NCBI GenBank assembly: GCA_000165425.1
Contig: CT868174.1
Location: 248,001-312,000 of the forward strand
Length of the DNA stretch: 64,000 bases
Direction of reading: 5' to 3'
DNA from: Paramecium tetraurelia
Taxonomy: Eukaryota
Below the pieces are notes generated by a model, which saw only the letters and a list, made by a program, of their open reading frames with translations, was not told where the DNA came from and made no database searches. Position numbers and translations under genes: made by a program. Of this stretch, positions 37,385 through 51,059 are shown piece by piece (the stretch's first letter is position 1; every line of letters starts with the position of its first letter).

Positions 37385-39793
37385 TCATTAATCTAATTGG
37401 TATTTCAGACAATTTAACAGTTATTCATTATAAAATGATAAGATTTTATTATTGATATCCATTATATCATTTGATTGCGTTTATTTATCTACTTTAAATC
37501 TTACAAAATGACTTGGCGGTTATATAAATATTTCTTGACATTTCTTGAGATATTCTTTATCTATATTATCAATTAAGTTTTTTAACTCATAAAATTACTT
37601 AAATTATTATTCTCTATTCCTCTAAATCTCTATTATAACATCTTTTTTCAACTCTTCAATTGATTAATAGTTTTTCGGATTGAGAGAGTGAAAATATTCT
37701 CTAATTTACTATTTTCTATTTTTAATAATGTTATCCTCAATATCTCCGTATGCTCTCAGTGCTTTAAGTTACTCTTCTTCATCTTCTCCCACTTCCAGAA
37801 AGAAAACATCTATTTTTTTCATTAAATCTTCTTCCTTAGATTCATCATAACTCTTAAGAAAAATGTTTTCTATCCATCCAAATGGAATAAAAAAATCCAT
37901 CTCATATTACATTTTCAATTTTTTTTTTTACTCATTATATCTTTAGTTTTTTCTTTACTTTTACTATTCATCCAAAAATTTAACACACTCTGAGATCAAT
38001 AATTTATGATATTAATCCCATATTCTGTTTTCATATAATAGAGAAGGTAATTAATCGAAATCTTTATATTAAGATAGCACATTTTTAATATCAAGCTTTT
38101 CATAATTCAAATATTTTAAATCTAATTTCTCCTTATCTTATTACTTCCCAAGTTCTATTTAAATTTCTTATTTTGGTATTCTGAATTAAATCTTTTATGA
38201 AAAAGCAAGAAATTATGTTGATTTTAAAATGCTTAGATCAGGGCAAAATGTATTTGTTTCCTAAAACAATTAAACTAAGTATTATTCATCAGTATTCAGA
38301 TATTCATAATTTGGAACAAACATACTTAAATAACTTTGTATAATTTTGAGTTGATCTGAATTAGTAAAATCTACTATTGCTTAACTATTTTCGAGTGCAA
38401 TCATTGTACTTATTTTATTGCAATAAGTAATTACAATATCAACTTATTAAAGATAAATTGGAGTATTTTTTAATATTATCAAATATTTCTACTTTTTCTT
38501 TTAATACAATTACTCTAATTTTTTGTCAATTTCTGGAATGTTATACTTTGCTATGTGATCTAATACATATTTATTTATAGTTGAAATTTTAAAATCCAAA
38601 ATTCTTTCAACAATTCCTTCCATTTTATCATTTTCTATTATAATCTTAATCAATTCTTAAAATTGTTGTTTGAAAGGAAGTTTAAGACAAATAGATTTAT
38701 AATATTGGTTAAATGTTTTTTTGATCTCATTATTTAGCTAATCATCTTTACAATATAAACAAAGTTCCTTTTCAAAAATCCAAAATTTTTATTTTAATTA
38801 ATTAATGAATTCCTATTTAAACATTATGAATTTCTAATCTTAATTGTTAATGTTATCACCAAATGAAATTTAATAACTTTCTAGAAACTTGAAAATCTCA
38901 TTGTATTTGTTTTATATGTATTAATTTTTATCTTCCAAATTTAGAAACTATTCCACAACAGTTTTGTCTGATAATATTTACTCACTAATCTATATGGAAG
39001 TCAAAAAATAATTATTTAATTCTTAATCACTAATCATCCTTTGTTCTTGGAATTAAAATTAAAATTGTAAAGCAGTTTAATTCTATACATAATGATACAC
39101 TTATTCCAATGTTTCAGCATCAGCTTCAACTAATAAATCTTAGATTTAAATTTATTAATAGAATTATAAACTTTTGAGTTTTTGATTAATTTCTTTAAAA
39201 TAGTTTATATATTTTCCTTCATTTTCCTTATTTTGTTTTAACTATTACTTTATAAAAAATCTCTTCTAAATAATATCAATTATCTCATTATCATTCAAGG
39301 TTGATATGTTTGCATTTATCTTTGAATAAATATCAAAAGCAGAATTTATAATAAAAGAAAAATCTTTACCTTTATCATGATCTACAAACTTTGAAAGTTT
39401 AGCCAGCAATTCATCATATTGTTGCATTATAGTCTTGTAATTAATATTAAGAGTAAAATCAGATGATATATAAAATTTATTATCTCTCTTTTTAATCTAA
39501 CAAAAATTCAAGATGGTTTATTTACTTTTTATATATCTCTGAAATTCTCTAAACATTTACCAAAATGAAAAATATCCTTACGTATTTAATTTTTCCTTTA
39601 AATGGCCATATTCCCAAAGTAAAATCAAATCACTAATCATTAACTAATCCTTATATGAGATATTCAAATAAGTGTATTTTTTATCCTTTATTTTTGTAAA
39701 AAAGCAATTTTCTAAATTTTAAGACTGCTGGCTATTGAATAAAAACTTAAACCTTTACGCAGCCTGATACTTACATTATTGTTATGATGACAT
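37385..39793 (-). CDS. Uncharacterised helical protein (~790 aa)
   Basis: ATG 39793 MSSQQQCKYQAAQRFKFLF...; one short intron; ends ...LLNCLKYQLDQ* at 37385. No family recognised. Confidence 0.65.
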
Positions 39794-39865
39794 TCAAATT
39801 AATAGAATTAAGTATTAAATATTTATAAAAAAATAACATAAAACTTTTTATATATAATATTCTTT

Positions 39866-41654
39866 TCATTGACCCAAAGTCTTAACTTTATCATGGCATA
39901 AGATAAAGAACTCTTTGAAAAAAGAATTGTATTCCATCTCCTCAATCATAGTTTTATGTAGTCCAGTCAAGTATATTTCATGTTATGATTCTAAAGATTT
40001 AATTTAATTAACATACTCATGAGATTTTCAATCATAATTGCTAGTTTATCAATTGCCTATTCATCAAAGACACTAACATATCTAAAGCTAAATATGATGT
40101 AATCTGTAAAGGCTAGCTACTTAATTTGAATTATGTGATTCTTAAATTAAGGATAATTAATTGTACATTAATATTAATATAATTGATTGAGCCACTAAAT
40201 CGATATAGAGTATAGGATCCATCAACCTTTGGTAGATCATCATCGAAATGTTATTCTTTTTCATTATATGAAGATCTACGAGCATCGTGATCCGTATTTA
40301 CTATGATTTCAGATGCAGCTCCACTCATTTTCTATGCAAATAAAAATAAGGAGTGCAAACAACCTATAATTGTACTGTACATTGCTCCATAATTATAGCA
40401 AATCCAAGATATTAATATACATTTAAATAATGTTAATCTTCTCTTTGTTTGATACAATTTAATAAGATAATTCCAAGGAGGAAATTGATATACAACTAAT
40501 AAAATTTAACCAGCGATGACATATAATGGTATATTCATAAAAAATTGAGAAGCTATCCCATAAAATATGAAGATTGAACAAGCATTTATTATTGATGACC
40601 ATTTATTGATGTCTCTTAATTTGATATTAAGAGTGTACATTCTGCTGGATGCACAACAAGGGATACCACCAACTAAACCGCTAATAACATTAGCAAATGA
40701 TACACAAAATGTTTCTTAGTCATAATCACACTTGACCTCCGTCAAAGATTAAGCTCCTCTTGCACATAATAAATTTTGGATGGTTACACAAATTGCTATG
40801 GGTATACATATTTGCATTATCTCAAAAATTTACTCAAATCCCAAGTCCAGTTCATTGATTTATATAAGATTAAACTATAGTCTAGTATTTCCATAAACGT
40901 ATCTCAAACATTACTCAGTTGGATATAAATTCCCAATCAATAAACCAAATGAAGTAGTTAACAAAACCCAAGGAAAAGGTCGATGAAATTTATAACCGAA
41001 TTGCAAGAACATAAATATTAAAACTGTGTAAAGCACATTCTAAAGATCACCTCTTTCATAATATGAAATGTACATCTCTATTAAATTCGAATATATTTTC
41101 TAACCTACATTTGTGTGGTTATCTGTTATTCCAAAGATGTAATCACTATACAATATCAAAAAGAGGAATCCGCTTCCTAAGTAAAATCCTTCTATAACGT
41201 ATTAAGGAATGTAATCTGACAAATGATGCCACTTAAACAAACTAATTAAGTAGATCATCAATCCAGAAACTAAGGTAGCCAATGGCAATATCTAAATTCC
41301 ATATTATTGAGTTAGAAAATAATTCCACCCTGTAATTGTCCAAGATGGCATATATATTGAGTGATTACTACCACTAAAAAACCCATTCACAAATGCAGCT
41401 ATAAAAGCAGTTGTAAGTCCCATCGCAGCTGAAACTCCTGAATTAGCTCCCAATGCTAATACAAATGGGATATTCAATGCTGCTTAAGACATACCACTTT
41501 TCCAAGTTTCTTATACATAAAACCAAGCACTTTGTAAATCTTGAACCGAGAGTCTACTTACAATAGAAAATTTTGATGGTCTTATTCCACTTACTTTATG
41601 ACTCTCTTCTTCTTTTATCTAATCCATTTCAATCAACAATGGTGCTTTATTCAT
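39866..41654 (-). CDS. SulP/SLC26 anion transporter with STAS-like C-terminus
   Basis: KSGMSQAALNIPFVLALGANSGVSAAMGLTTAFIAAFVNGFFSGS, IPQYVIEGF, FANVISGLVGGIPC; many TM helices; TLYRFSGS near the C-terminus. Confidence 0.88.
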
Positions 41655-41931
41655 TATAAAATCAACTCAATTTGAATTAATTATTGTCTAAATATTATTT
41701 TAATAATGTGTCATTTTGAAAAAATAGAATATTAATCAATATCTGATATCACTAAATATATACAATAATTTTAGATCTTAATATTTATAATAATGCCAAC
41801 TTAAATATTTAACTTTACTTATAATAATATTACTAATTTTTGTAAATCTTAATTCTATTTTTAGTACTGCAATTGATAATAATGTATTTCAGTCTTTATT
41901 AAGATACAATAGTATATATTAAATATCATTA

Positions 41932-42815
41932 TCATGTATCCAATGTCAATGCTTAATTATTGAAACATATTTCATTTCGAGAACTCAGATTTGCTCTTAA
42001 TTCAAGTAATCCAAGAGGATATGGGGAGATCATATAAGAGTTACTCTATTCGTCCATTTCGGATAGATATTAATTAGATTGTACTTCTTCAAAATTGAAT
42101 TATTAAAATACAAGGTTTATAAGATGTTGAAAGTAGTGGTCTATTTTAAATTCAAATTTGATACATGCTGTCGGATTCAAGCCTTAGAAAATTGTTTGAA
42201 TACCTTTTATAAATTAATCAAATTAATTTTCTTTCTCTAATCTAATGAAACGGATAGTCTATTCAATTATAAATGAAGTATTTACTTCTAAGAACGTTTT
42301 GATACTGCATCTAATTTATAATTACTAATCAATTGAATTCAAAAGGCTTTATTTGATTCTATTTTATTCCAATTATAAGGTTAATAATTAACTTTATAGT
42401 TCAGTTTATACAGATTAAAATATTCCCAAAGACTTTTGAATATCTTTTATCTGTAATTTTTTCTGAATACTATCTTTATCACATTTGTCTCTCGCAAAAT
42501 TTTTATGATGATAATTTAAATAACCATTTTAATCTTTGCTGCTTGTAAATCCATATAGGTTTAACTATCTAAATGGTCATATAATATAAAACCTTAAAAA
42601 ACTTGAATATTTGGCATGCTTAAAGTATTTGGGCAAAACAATTTATTCTAAGAAATATTTATCGATAATAATTATGTTATTTCCTTCATCATCCCAAGTA
42701 ATAGCATCTTTATACTATTTTTCCTAATCCAAATGATATTAATTTTTACTTGTAATATTTTATGGGTTACTTCGATGAATTTGATTCCATTAAATTTCTT
42801 TTTGTTTTTCATCAT
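41932..42815 (-). CDS. HSF-type DNA-binding domain protein (copy 1)
   Basis: KFIEVTHKIL..ITWDDEG..VLPKYFKHAKYSSFLRQLNLYGF; three introns. Confidence 0.9.
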
Positions 42816-43053
42816 TTCTGAATAATTTTATCAAGATAATAATAAATATATTTTAATTAACATACAAATTACTTTGGAGAATATTGATGGATTGATAAAT
42901 TAAATTAAAACGAGGAATTTTATACATAGGATTATTCTCATTAAAAAAGAATTTGTAGTTATAAAAGAATATATTGTTGAGAAGATAAGGATTTATGAAA
43001 TGTTATTCTCTTTTTTATATATATATATATAGATGCTGCTCATAATATTTCCT

Positions 43054-43877
43054 TCAAAGACACTGCTTTCCGAACTTGTCGTTGAATGATTATTCAGAGC
43101 TATTTACAAGACTAAAATAATTAATAGATAATGATTACGAGTTGCCCAACTTGTTGTAAGCGCTGACACCATCATTCAATTTAATCTTTTTGATAGTTTG
43201 TGGTTCCTATTATTAGGTAGTGTCACAATGTTCAGTGCTTTCATCTAAGATGGACTAGTAGTAACCACAACTATCAGAATTGGAAGGAAGAGTCAGTGTA
43301 TTATGAGGTATACTTTGAGTCTTCTAAAACTCATCAACCATGGAGGAAATGAGGTTGATAACTTTGTTCTTCCTAAACTTCAATTTGTGGCTTCTTGATT
43401 CAGTATGCTAATTATTATAATTACTTACTTGAAGATAATCTTCAATGTAATCTTTGCAAACATTACAGAAGATCTTGGTTCCCTTTGGTTTGGGTACAAA
43501 CTAAAAGTAAATTTAAATATTTACTAGATTTCTATTCTTCTCTTACACTTCTGCAAGTTTCTTTTCATATTAATTCCTATAATGAGTGCTATTTGACAAA
43601 TGGATAGCCTAGAAAATATGAAATTTTAATACTTAATCTATTTGTAGTATGAACCCATGTTAAGTAGGTTCTCCGTCGTTGTTAAATATCGGTACAATAT
43701 TTTACATACATCCCAGAGTTCTGAAAATTTAATTTAAACTTACTCGTTATACTAAGGGTTATAATCAATTGCTATCTTCAGATCAACACCATTTTTAGTC
43801 ATAGGTTTTATCACGAATACATTCGTTAGATCCAACATCGTATTTATTTACGCTTGGTAAGTTGATTTTGCTTCCAT
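43054..43877 (-). CDS. Small protein with DBF4-type zinc finger
   Basis: KGTKIFCNVCKDYIEDYLQHTESRSHKLKF (CxxC-x9-H-x5-H); five tiny introns. Confidence 0.65.
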
Positions 43878-44867
43878 TTATATTCTTTATATTTTAATTA
43901 ATGTTATTAAAAATTCAATTATAATATTTTGAAATAGATGAATAAGAATTCATGACACATATATATTAAGTCATAATTAATAATATGAGCAATTTTGAAC
44001 TTCTTCAATCAATAATTCCTCTTAAAATCTACAAATAAAGATACAGTACTATAATACATATATATGGAGCCTCTTGTAAAGTATATTTCCTTTAGTATTT
44101 TATTATCTTGTTTTGGATAATTCTATTATTAATAAATTTTGAAAGATAATGCTTAGTATAGAGTTAAAATTAAGCTAGTTTATTAAAAGAACAATATATA
44201 ATATAAGTTAATGTCAATTCTGATTTATGTTAGTGAACAGCCATTAAAATTTACAATTTAGATTGATTAACAATGATATTTTAAATAACCTAAATCCCTA
44301 TATTAAAGGATTTAGTTATTCGAGGGATGAAATAGGAATACAAACAAAATCTTACAATAATCAAGTCTACCTTGCTAGTTAGAAATAAGAATCGAATTTA
44401 GGTACATCATTATATAATCAATTGAGATTGATTAATTAGATATATTCATTATGATACTCAACTTTAACGATCCAAAAAATAGAATCAAATAAAGAATAAA
44501 ATTAAGCTAAATATGATGGTATGTAGTTAGATATATATTTGCATAAATCATTTGAGAATTTAACTATCTGAATCCATAGGGTTATTTAATTAAGATAAAT
44601 TCTCTGGAATTTGAGATTCTTCCTATCTTATAAAACTCTCATCTACAGATTTACTCTCACGTTTTTGATTATTATTATTATCTTTGCTGTTTTATTAATT
44701 AAATGGATTTTAATGATAAACATTGGCCCAAGAATGTTCCATCCCTTAATTATATTAGGATGCACCAAATTGACTCGTGCCTAATTTTTACAATTATTTA
44801 TTCTCATCTCTAAGTAATAATATATCTTCAAATATACTTTCCAAAATTTGGTGCTTATGAGTTGCAT

Positions 44868-45905
44868 TCACTATTATCCATAGGATTGTTAATTACTGAA
44901 CTCATACTTTTGAAAGATTGTCTATCCTTTTGAATTGCATTATTTTTCTAAAGTGAAGCAGCATCTTAAAAATATATGAATTATTGTTTTACAAGAACTC
45001 TAATTTTAACTATTTTTATCAATAGTTTCCTAATTTGTTAATGTGCCTTTAAACCACTAATATTCAAGTAATATCACGAATGAAAATGCACCAAAGTTAA
45101 TTGGAGCAAAACATTAATAAAATTGAATCGTAAAATATAAACATGGACAATCCTCTTCTTTTAATTGAATTGTCTTTATAATAGTAAAAATGAATAAAGT
45201 TATTTGAATCATGAAGAAAACAATTAGAAGTATACTAGAAACTTATAAATATACTAATTTACTTTGAAAATGTTCTCAGTTCTTTTTGTTATTTTTTTTG
45301 ATTCAAAATTAGAAGACTGAATAAAGTATTAAGAATCAATTGAAAGGTGTGATTTATTAAATGAAAAAGTAGGAGAACTGCAAATTGCTGTTTACATTAA
45401 ATAGGATCTTCATCTAACAAAATCAAAAATACAAAAATGAACGATGTAAAACAATTCACTTATCTATTAGCTATGTCGTATGGAAATATTTTTATTGTCA
45501 AAATTTCAATTTCCTAATCATGAATTCACAACTTAATACTTTTTGAAGCAAAATCAAAATGTAAGTTTTTACATATAAGGATAACTGTTTATTCGTATCA
45601 TTAAGCTCAATGAAGAATTTCATTGAATACACAAGCAATGTCAAAAATAAGAACAGATTCAATGTGTAAATGAGAAAATACTCTAATCTAGGAAAATCTC
45701 TCCTAACACAAAGCAAAAATATGGCCGCAATAAAATTGAATGCTAGCATTATGATTGTTAAGTAAAGAGTAATTTATAAAAAGAATAATTCTTCCTTTAT
45801 TAAATTGTTCATAAGCAATATAATTAGTCCTTATTTCGCATGCTGGAAAAATATATTGATTAGTTTGCTTTATTGCTGTTTTTCCTCTTCATTTAAATTA
45901 ATCAT
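44868..45905 (-). CDS. Multi-pass membrane protein of unknown function
   Basis: ATG 45905; several hydrophobic helices, including ORF fragment 45498-45749; ends ...QQSYGQQ*. Exon joins not all resolved. Confidence 0.55.
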
Positions 45906-45919
45906 TTATTTAATATATA

Positions 45920-46690
45920 ATGAAAGTGGGTGATATTCCTAATGAAGTCTATAATAGAAGAAACCAAGTTCATCGTTTGGTGGAGATGGAAGAAATGAAT
46001 CTAAAGGACAATGAAAATATTAATTAATCATTGATAAATGAAGAGAGTTTAAAACAACCTCTAAAATAAACATAGTAAGAACCTGTTGGATGTTTGGCAA
46101 GGATATTCGGAATATCTAAATCAAAACCATAACAAAAAGAAGAAGAGTACAAACCAACTGAATTGAAGGATCATTATGATCTATATGATGAAGATTGGTT
46201 TACTGACTAAAAGAACATTATCTTATAATCATAAGAAACAGCTACTCCTGACGGAAAAAAAGAAATTATTCATATCATTTGTCCAGATGACACAATAGAA
46301 GGGTTGGAATTATAATATGGAGTGCCTGCATGTAGAATACGGACTTATAATAACCTATAAACTAATGATATTTTTTATTTGAAGAAATTGATCATCCCTA
46401 ATCCAACTAGTGACTATAAAAAATAAGATGTGTATATATTTAATATTGAAGTAGTGATATAGAAAAGTATATGCAAGAATTGAAAATTGGACTGTTCTTA
46501 GATTAAGTGTGTTAACCAGAAGATAAGAGTCGTAAAGTTGCAATGTATTTAACAATATCACATTAGATTTTACTTGGATATGAATAATTGGAATTACCAA
46601 AAGGCCGCTCTAGAGTATATAGAGGATTACAAATTCGAATTGCTATAAAAATAAGCCAAGAAAACATCTTTACCTAAAGGTTATTAGTGA
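45920..46690 (+). CDS. LysM domain + UBA-like domain protein
   Basis: LysM: IIHIICPDDTIEGLELQYGVPACRIRTYNNLQTNDIFYLKKLIIP. UBA-like: KVAIFYLDMNNWNYQKAALEY. Two introns. Confidence 0.8.
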
Positions 46691-46813
46691 TTCTTTTTAA
46701 GTTCCAAAAATATAACGATTATGTAATTATATATCTATTCTAAAAATGGAATTCTTGTTTAAGAAATAATGTTTTTACAGATTATAATATTATATTTAAT
46801 TAATTATTAATTA

Positions 46814-47532
46814 ATGTAAGAAAAGAAAATTAAGAAAAACAGAATTATTCATTCATCATTTTTAAAATTACTTTATTAAATTCTGGAGGTTAAGTAAATT
46901 AATAATTTAGAATCAAGAGTATGATAATATTATACGATGGAATGATTTCGGAGACAAATTTATGATTTTAGATAAACCTACTTTTATATAAAAAATACTA
47001 CCAAAATACTTTAGACATTAAAAGTTTTCTAGTTTCTTAAGGTATTTTAATATATAATTTCAGACAATTAAATCTCTATGGATTTCTAAGAGTATGTACT
47101 GAAAGAAATAATTCTTGCTACTACAACTTATAATTTAATAAGTAAAGTCCAAACTTATAAATGAAAAAGAAACAAAGACCATCTAATTCATATTGTGAGC
47201 TTGAGACTTCTGCGTTGAGGAACTAAATGAATTAAATAAAAATGACTTAACAAATATTAAAATAACAGATTGATGGATGTTTATAATCTGTTGATAAAAT
47301 GACAAGTCTAACTCAATATTTAATAAATGTAAAATTATCTAAATTTATATAGTTGCTCTTCGAAAGTAAAATTTAAACATCTAATTAAGCAAAATCTATA
47401 TTAAATACAACCGTTAAACTCTACTCTGGAATGTTGCCTCAATTTTGTAAATATTATAAAATACTTTTTAGTTTTCACATTTTAAGAACTGCTAGAAATT
47501 ACATTTCCTTCTAGCGAAATCTTATAGCTTGA
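46814..47532 (+). CDS. HSF-type DNA-binding domain protein (copy 2)
   Basis: SFLKLLYQILE..IIRWNDFGDKFMILDKPTFIQKILPKYFRHQKFSSFLRQLNLYGF. Confidence 0.88.
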
Positions 47533-48003
47533 AAATGCAATCTCATACTTCAATAAAAGTCCTATTATGCCTTAGGTTCACATATAATTACTCTAAATAT
47601 TTAATTATTTATCATCCTATTATCCAGCTACTTAGTTTTCAAAATATAATGAAGCCTTTTCGAATATAGAGAAGTCATATCAAAATTTGGAGGATTTTGC
47701 TTATCAGCGTCAATAATTAAGAATTTAAGATTGATTAAATTATAAGAACGACCTTTAATTTATTTTATATTCAATTAAAATCATATAACTTTATATATAT
47801 TATTTATTGAATTGAATTGAATTATATCAGTTAATGATAAGATAAACAAATTGTTAAGATTCTGTTACTTACGATACTTTTTTCTTATCATTTCTAAAGG
47901 TTGCCATTTGAATATATACCATAATTAAATTTATTTTGATATTAAATTTTTTTAGGTATTTAAGAATTCCAATTTCTCCTTAAATTAATATCACTTGATA
48001 AAA

Positions 48004-48893
48004 ATGCATAGAAAAAATAAGTAACGTACAGTAATTAAGTTCATTGAGGTCACACATTAAATGTTAAATGTATTAAAGAGATAAATACAATTAGCAAAAT
48101 GAATTTCAAGACATTATCAGATGGGATGAGGATGGAGTAAAAATTCAAATTCTAGATAGGGAACTATTATAAGAATTAGTTCTACCTAAATATTTTAAAC
48201 ATGCTAAATACTCAAGTTTCTTAAGGTTATAGTAAGAATTCACATTTTTAGATAACTCAACATGTATGGATTTACGAGTAGCAAAGATTAATATGGAGCC
48301 TTAACATATTATAATCCTTGTTTTGCTAAATAAAAAGTATTAATGAGGAACATTGTTAAAAAGAAACATCAAAAATAAATTATAAGAGATTCTAGTATTT
48401 TTGGCGCAGAATAGTCTGAATTAAATAATTAAATTAAAGCCCTATAATTTGAATAGGTAAAAATTTAATAGAACCTCCTGTCCTCAATTGAATATTAAAT
48501 TAAAATTAAAAATAGTATTTAACTATTTCTAAAAGTAAAATATTACTTAATTATTATAAGAATAAACTTTCTTTAGCAAGAGAAGGTGAAAAGAACTGTA
48601 GATTATTCATTGATAGCGTTCGCATATTAGTGAAAGGTATGAAATTTGAGTCATGTATGAAAAATTTAATATTTTTAGAAAATGCATTTCAAGTCTTATT
48701 CAAATAAGTGTTCCCATAATTCAAGTAAGAAGATCCATAATAGATTTAAATAATAAGTGAGATCGAAGAATAAAGTAACCAATATTTATTTTCCCCTACC
48801 CCTTTTGGAAAATTTGATTATGATTAAGAAGAAATGTCTTTTCCTCAAATGCCATAAGAATTGGAATTTTCAGGTTTTGGATTTGAACTTTGA
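48004..48893 (+). CDS. HSF-type DNA-binding domain protein (copy 3)
   Basis: KFIEVTHQMLN..IIRWDEDG..VLPKYFKHAKYSSFLRQLNMYGFTSSKD; aligns along its length with copy 1. Confidence 0.9.
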
Positions 48894-49210
48894 TTAATAT
48901 AGAATAATTCATTAATATTATAATTTTTTAATTATTGATAGAGAAATCAATAATTAGCAAATAAATGAAAATGGATACTGCTAATAATTTTTGGAATGAA
49001 ACATTAAAAACAAATAATCAGTTGAATTGCATAATGAATGAAATTCAGATTATAATAAAGTTATTTAATTTACTTTCTATTTGATCCACCTCAGTACATT
49101 TAGAATTAGAAGATGAATTATATAATTAGATTCAATATAAAATTAATTCCAATATTTATAAATTCAGGTTTATAATTTCAACCATCTATTAGCTAATCAT
49201 AGATTATAAA

Positions 49211-50944
49211 TCATTTCTTGTTTTGTGGTCTTTAAATTAAATTTATGATTTAGTCAAGCTTTTATAGTAGAGTCAATTGATGCGTATTTTATGATAAAAA
49301 CATCATATCTAAACGTTATTGCAATTTTTGTAAAATATTTGTATCATAATACGAATATTACTAACAGTAGTTTTATTCCTAAGTTTAGGCAGGTATTTAA
49401 TATAATGATTAATTATACCCAAATTAAATTGCATTATTAATTGCTGTTTTTGGGTGCTTTTATTAAGAAGGTTAATAGGCTTGATTGATAACAGGCCCTT
49501 AAGCAAGATATGGGTTATCTTATTAAATACATTGTTATTATCCTAAGGGTCTTTAATCTTGATTTACATTTTATAATTATAAGTGTTAGTATTCAAAACA
49601 ATTTTATTTATTGAATTATTGATTTTACTACCTTGATAAATTTGATGCCTAATGTTATTATTATTGTTACTATTATAGATTTTATGTATTATCCAATTTA
49701 TTATCCTAAGTAGGTAAAATTTAATATTTTAAAAAATTTTAAGGCTAATCTTACAATTATTATTAATATTATTATTAACTTCGACTACTACTTATTGAGA
49801 TCGGTTAAAGTTCTTATTCTTATTGATTATTTTGTAGCATTTAGATTTCAAGATTTTTCTTAGTATATTCAATTTATGTTGATCGATGTTACTTTTAACC
49901 CTTTGAGTTTACATCGTTGTGTCTAACATTATATTAATCTCGAAGATAAGCTAACTTCTTTTCAAAATCTCGAGCAATATCAGTTTGATCTTCTGATTAA
50001 TTTTGTGAAATCAGTTAATTTGGTTTCTATTCTTTTTATTTTATTTTCTGTTGAGTATATTTTTTATTTATATTATCGAATTTATTCTATTCCATTTGTT
50101 TTTCATTTTATCCTTGATTTATATCAAGTGTAGGAACTTCAGACTATTACACTAATGGGACTTATGATGATAACTAATTTGTACTTTGATTATTTTCCTT
50201 AATATTTGAAATTAACAATTTAGGTGCAATCGATTTCTTATCTTAGAGTAATTAATGTTCATTTTTTTGATATACTTTTTTTTATTCTTCGATTTATAAT
50301 GTAATGCTAGTTTAATTTTTTTAGTGATTGATTTTATTTTAAGCATGCTTTTCTTAATTGATATCAGATTATAGAGGTTAATTTTCTATTAAGCTCTTAA
50401 TCTGGTTTTGTTCTTGCCGAATAATTGGAGATGTTGTTTTTAGTTCAATGAAAGCTGGTTCCTAAATTTATTAGTTTAGTTTTTGCTTTTGAATAATTTA
50501 TTGATTCTTTTATTTTATTTTTGCTTCCTTTTAAGTCTATTTATAGATATTATCTTTAAGTTACGATTCATTTATTTGTTTCTACTCTTCTTGTTAATTT
50601 AGAGGTTAATCAAAAGTGTTATGGTGGGTTTCAATTTTAATCTTCACACTCTTTATTCCCTTTGGTTTTCTACTTCCAAGAAAAAGACATTCTTTGGAAC
50701 CGATATCTATGCTTAGATCAGATTTTTAGGATTCTTCTAACCACTATTTAATTTATGGTGCTGGGATATTTGTGACATAGCTTATGTACTTAATATCAAT
50801 CTCGGTTGGATTTTCTCCTAAATCTTAAAGAATTTATTCTTTCATTGGATTATTTTGGAGTTTAACTTCCATTTATTTATAGAGTATGTTCAATTATGGG
50901 GGCTCATATATCATTTTTGTGAAATCATTCTAATATTTTTCCAT
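49211..50944 (-). CDS. Gln-rich protein with an N-terminal homeodomain-like helix-turn-helix segment
   Basis: ATG 50944 to TGA 49211 (span divisible by 3). ENPTEIDIKYISYVTNIPAPQIKQWLEE, followed by a K-rich segment and long Q-rich regions. Confidence 0.65.
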
Positions 50945-51059
50945 GAATTAATAATTGTCAGAAACTTATATTAAAATAGAATTATGAATTTCTGTCTAAT
51001 TTGAATTTAATGTGTTATTAATAAACTCTAAAATTAATATATATTAACAAATTTAAATC

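Noticed and set aside
43016..43031. (TA)n dinucleotide run
   Set aside because: Short intergenic microsatellite, unremarkable at this AT content.
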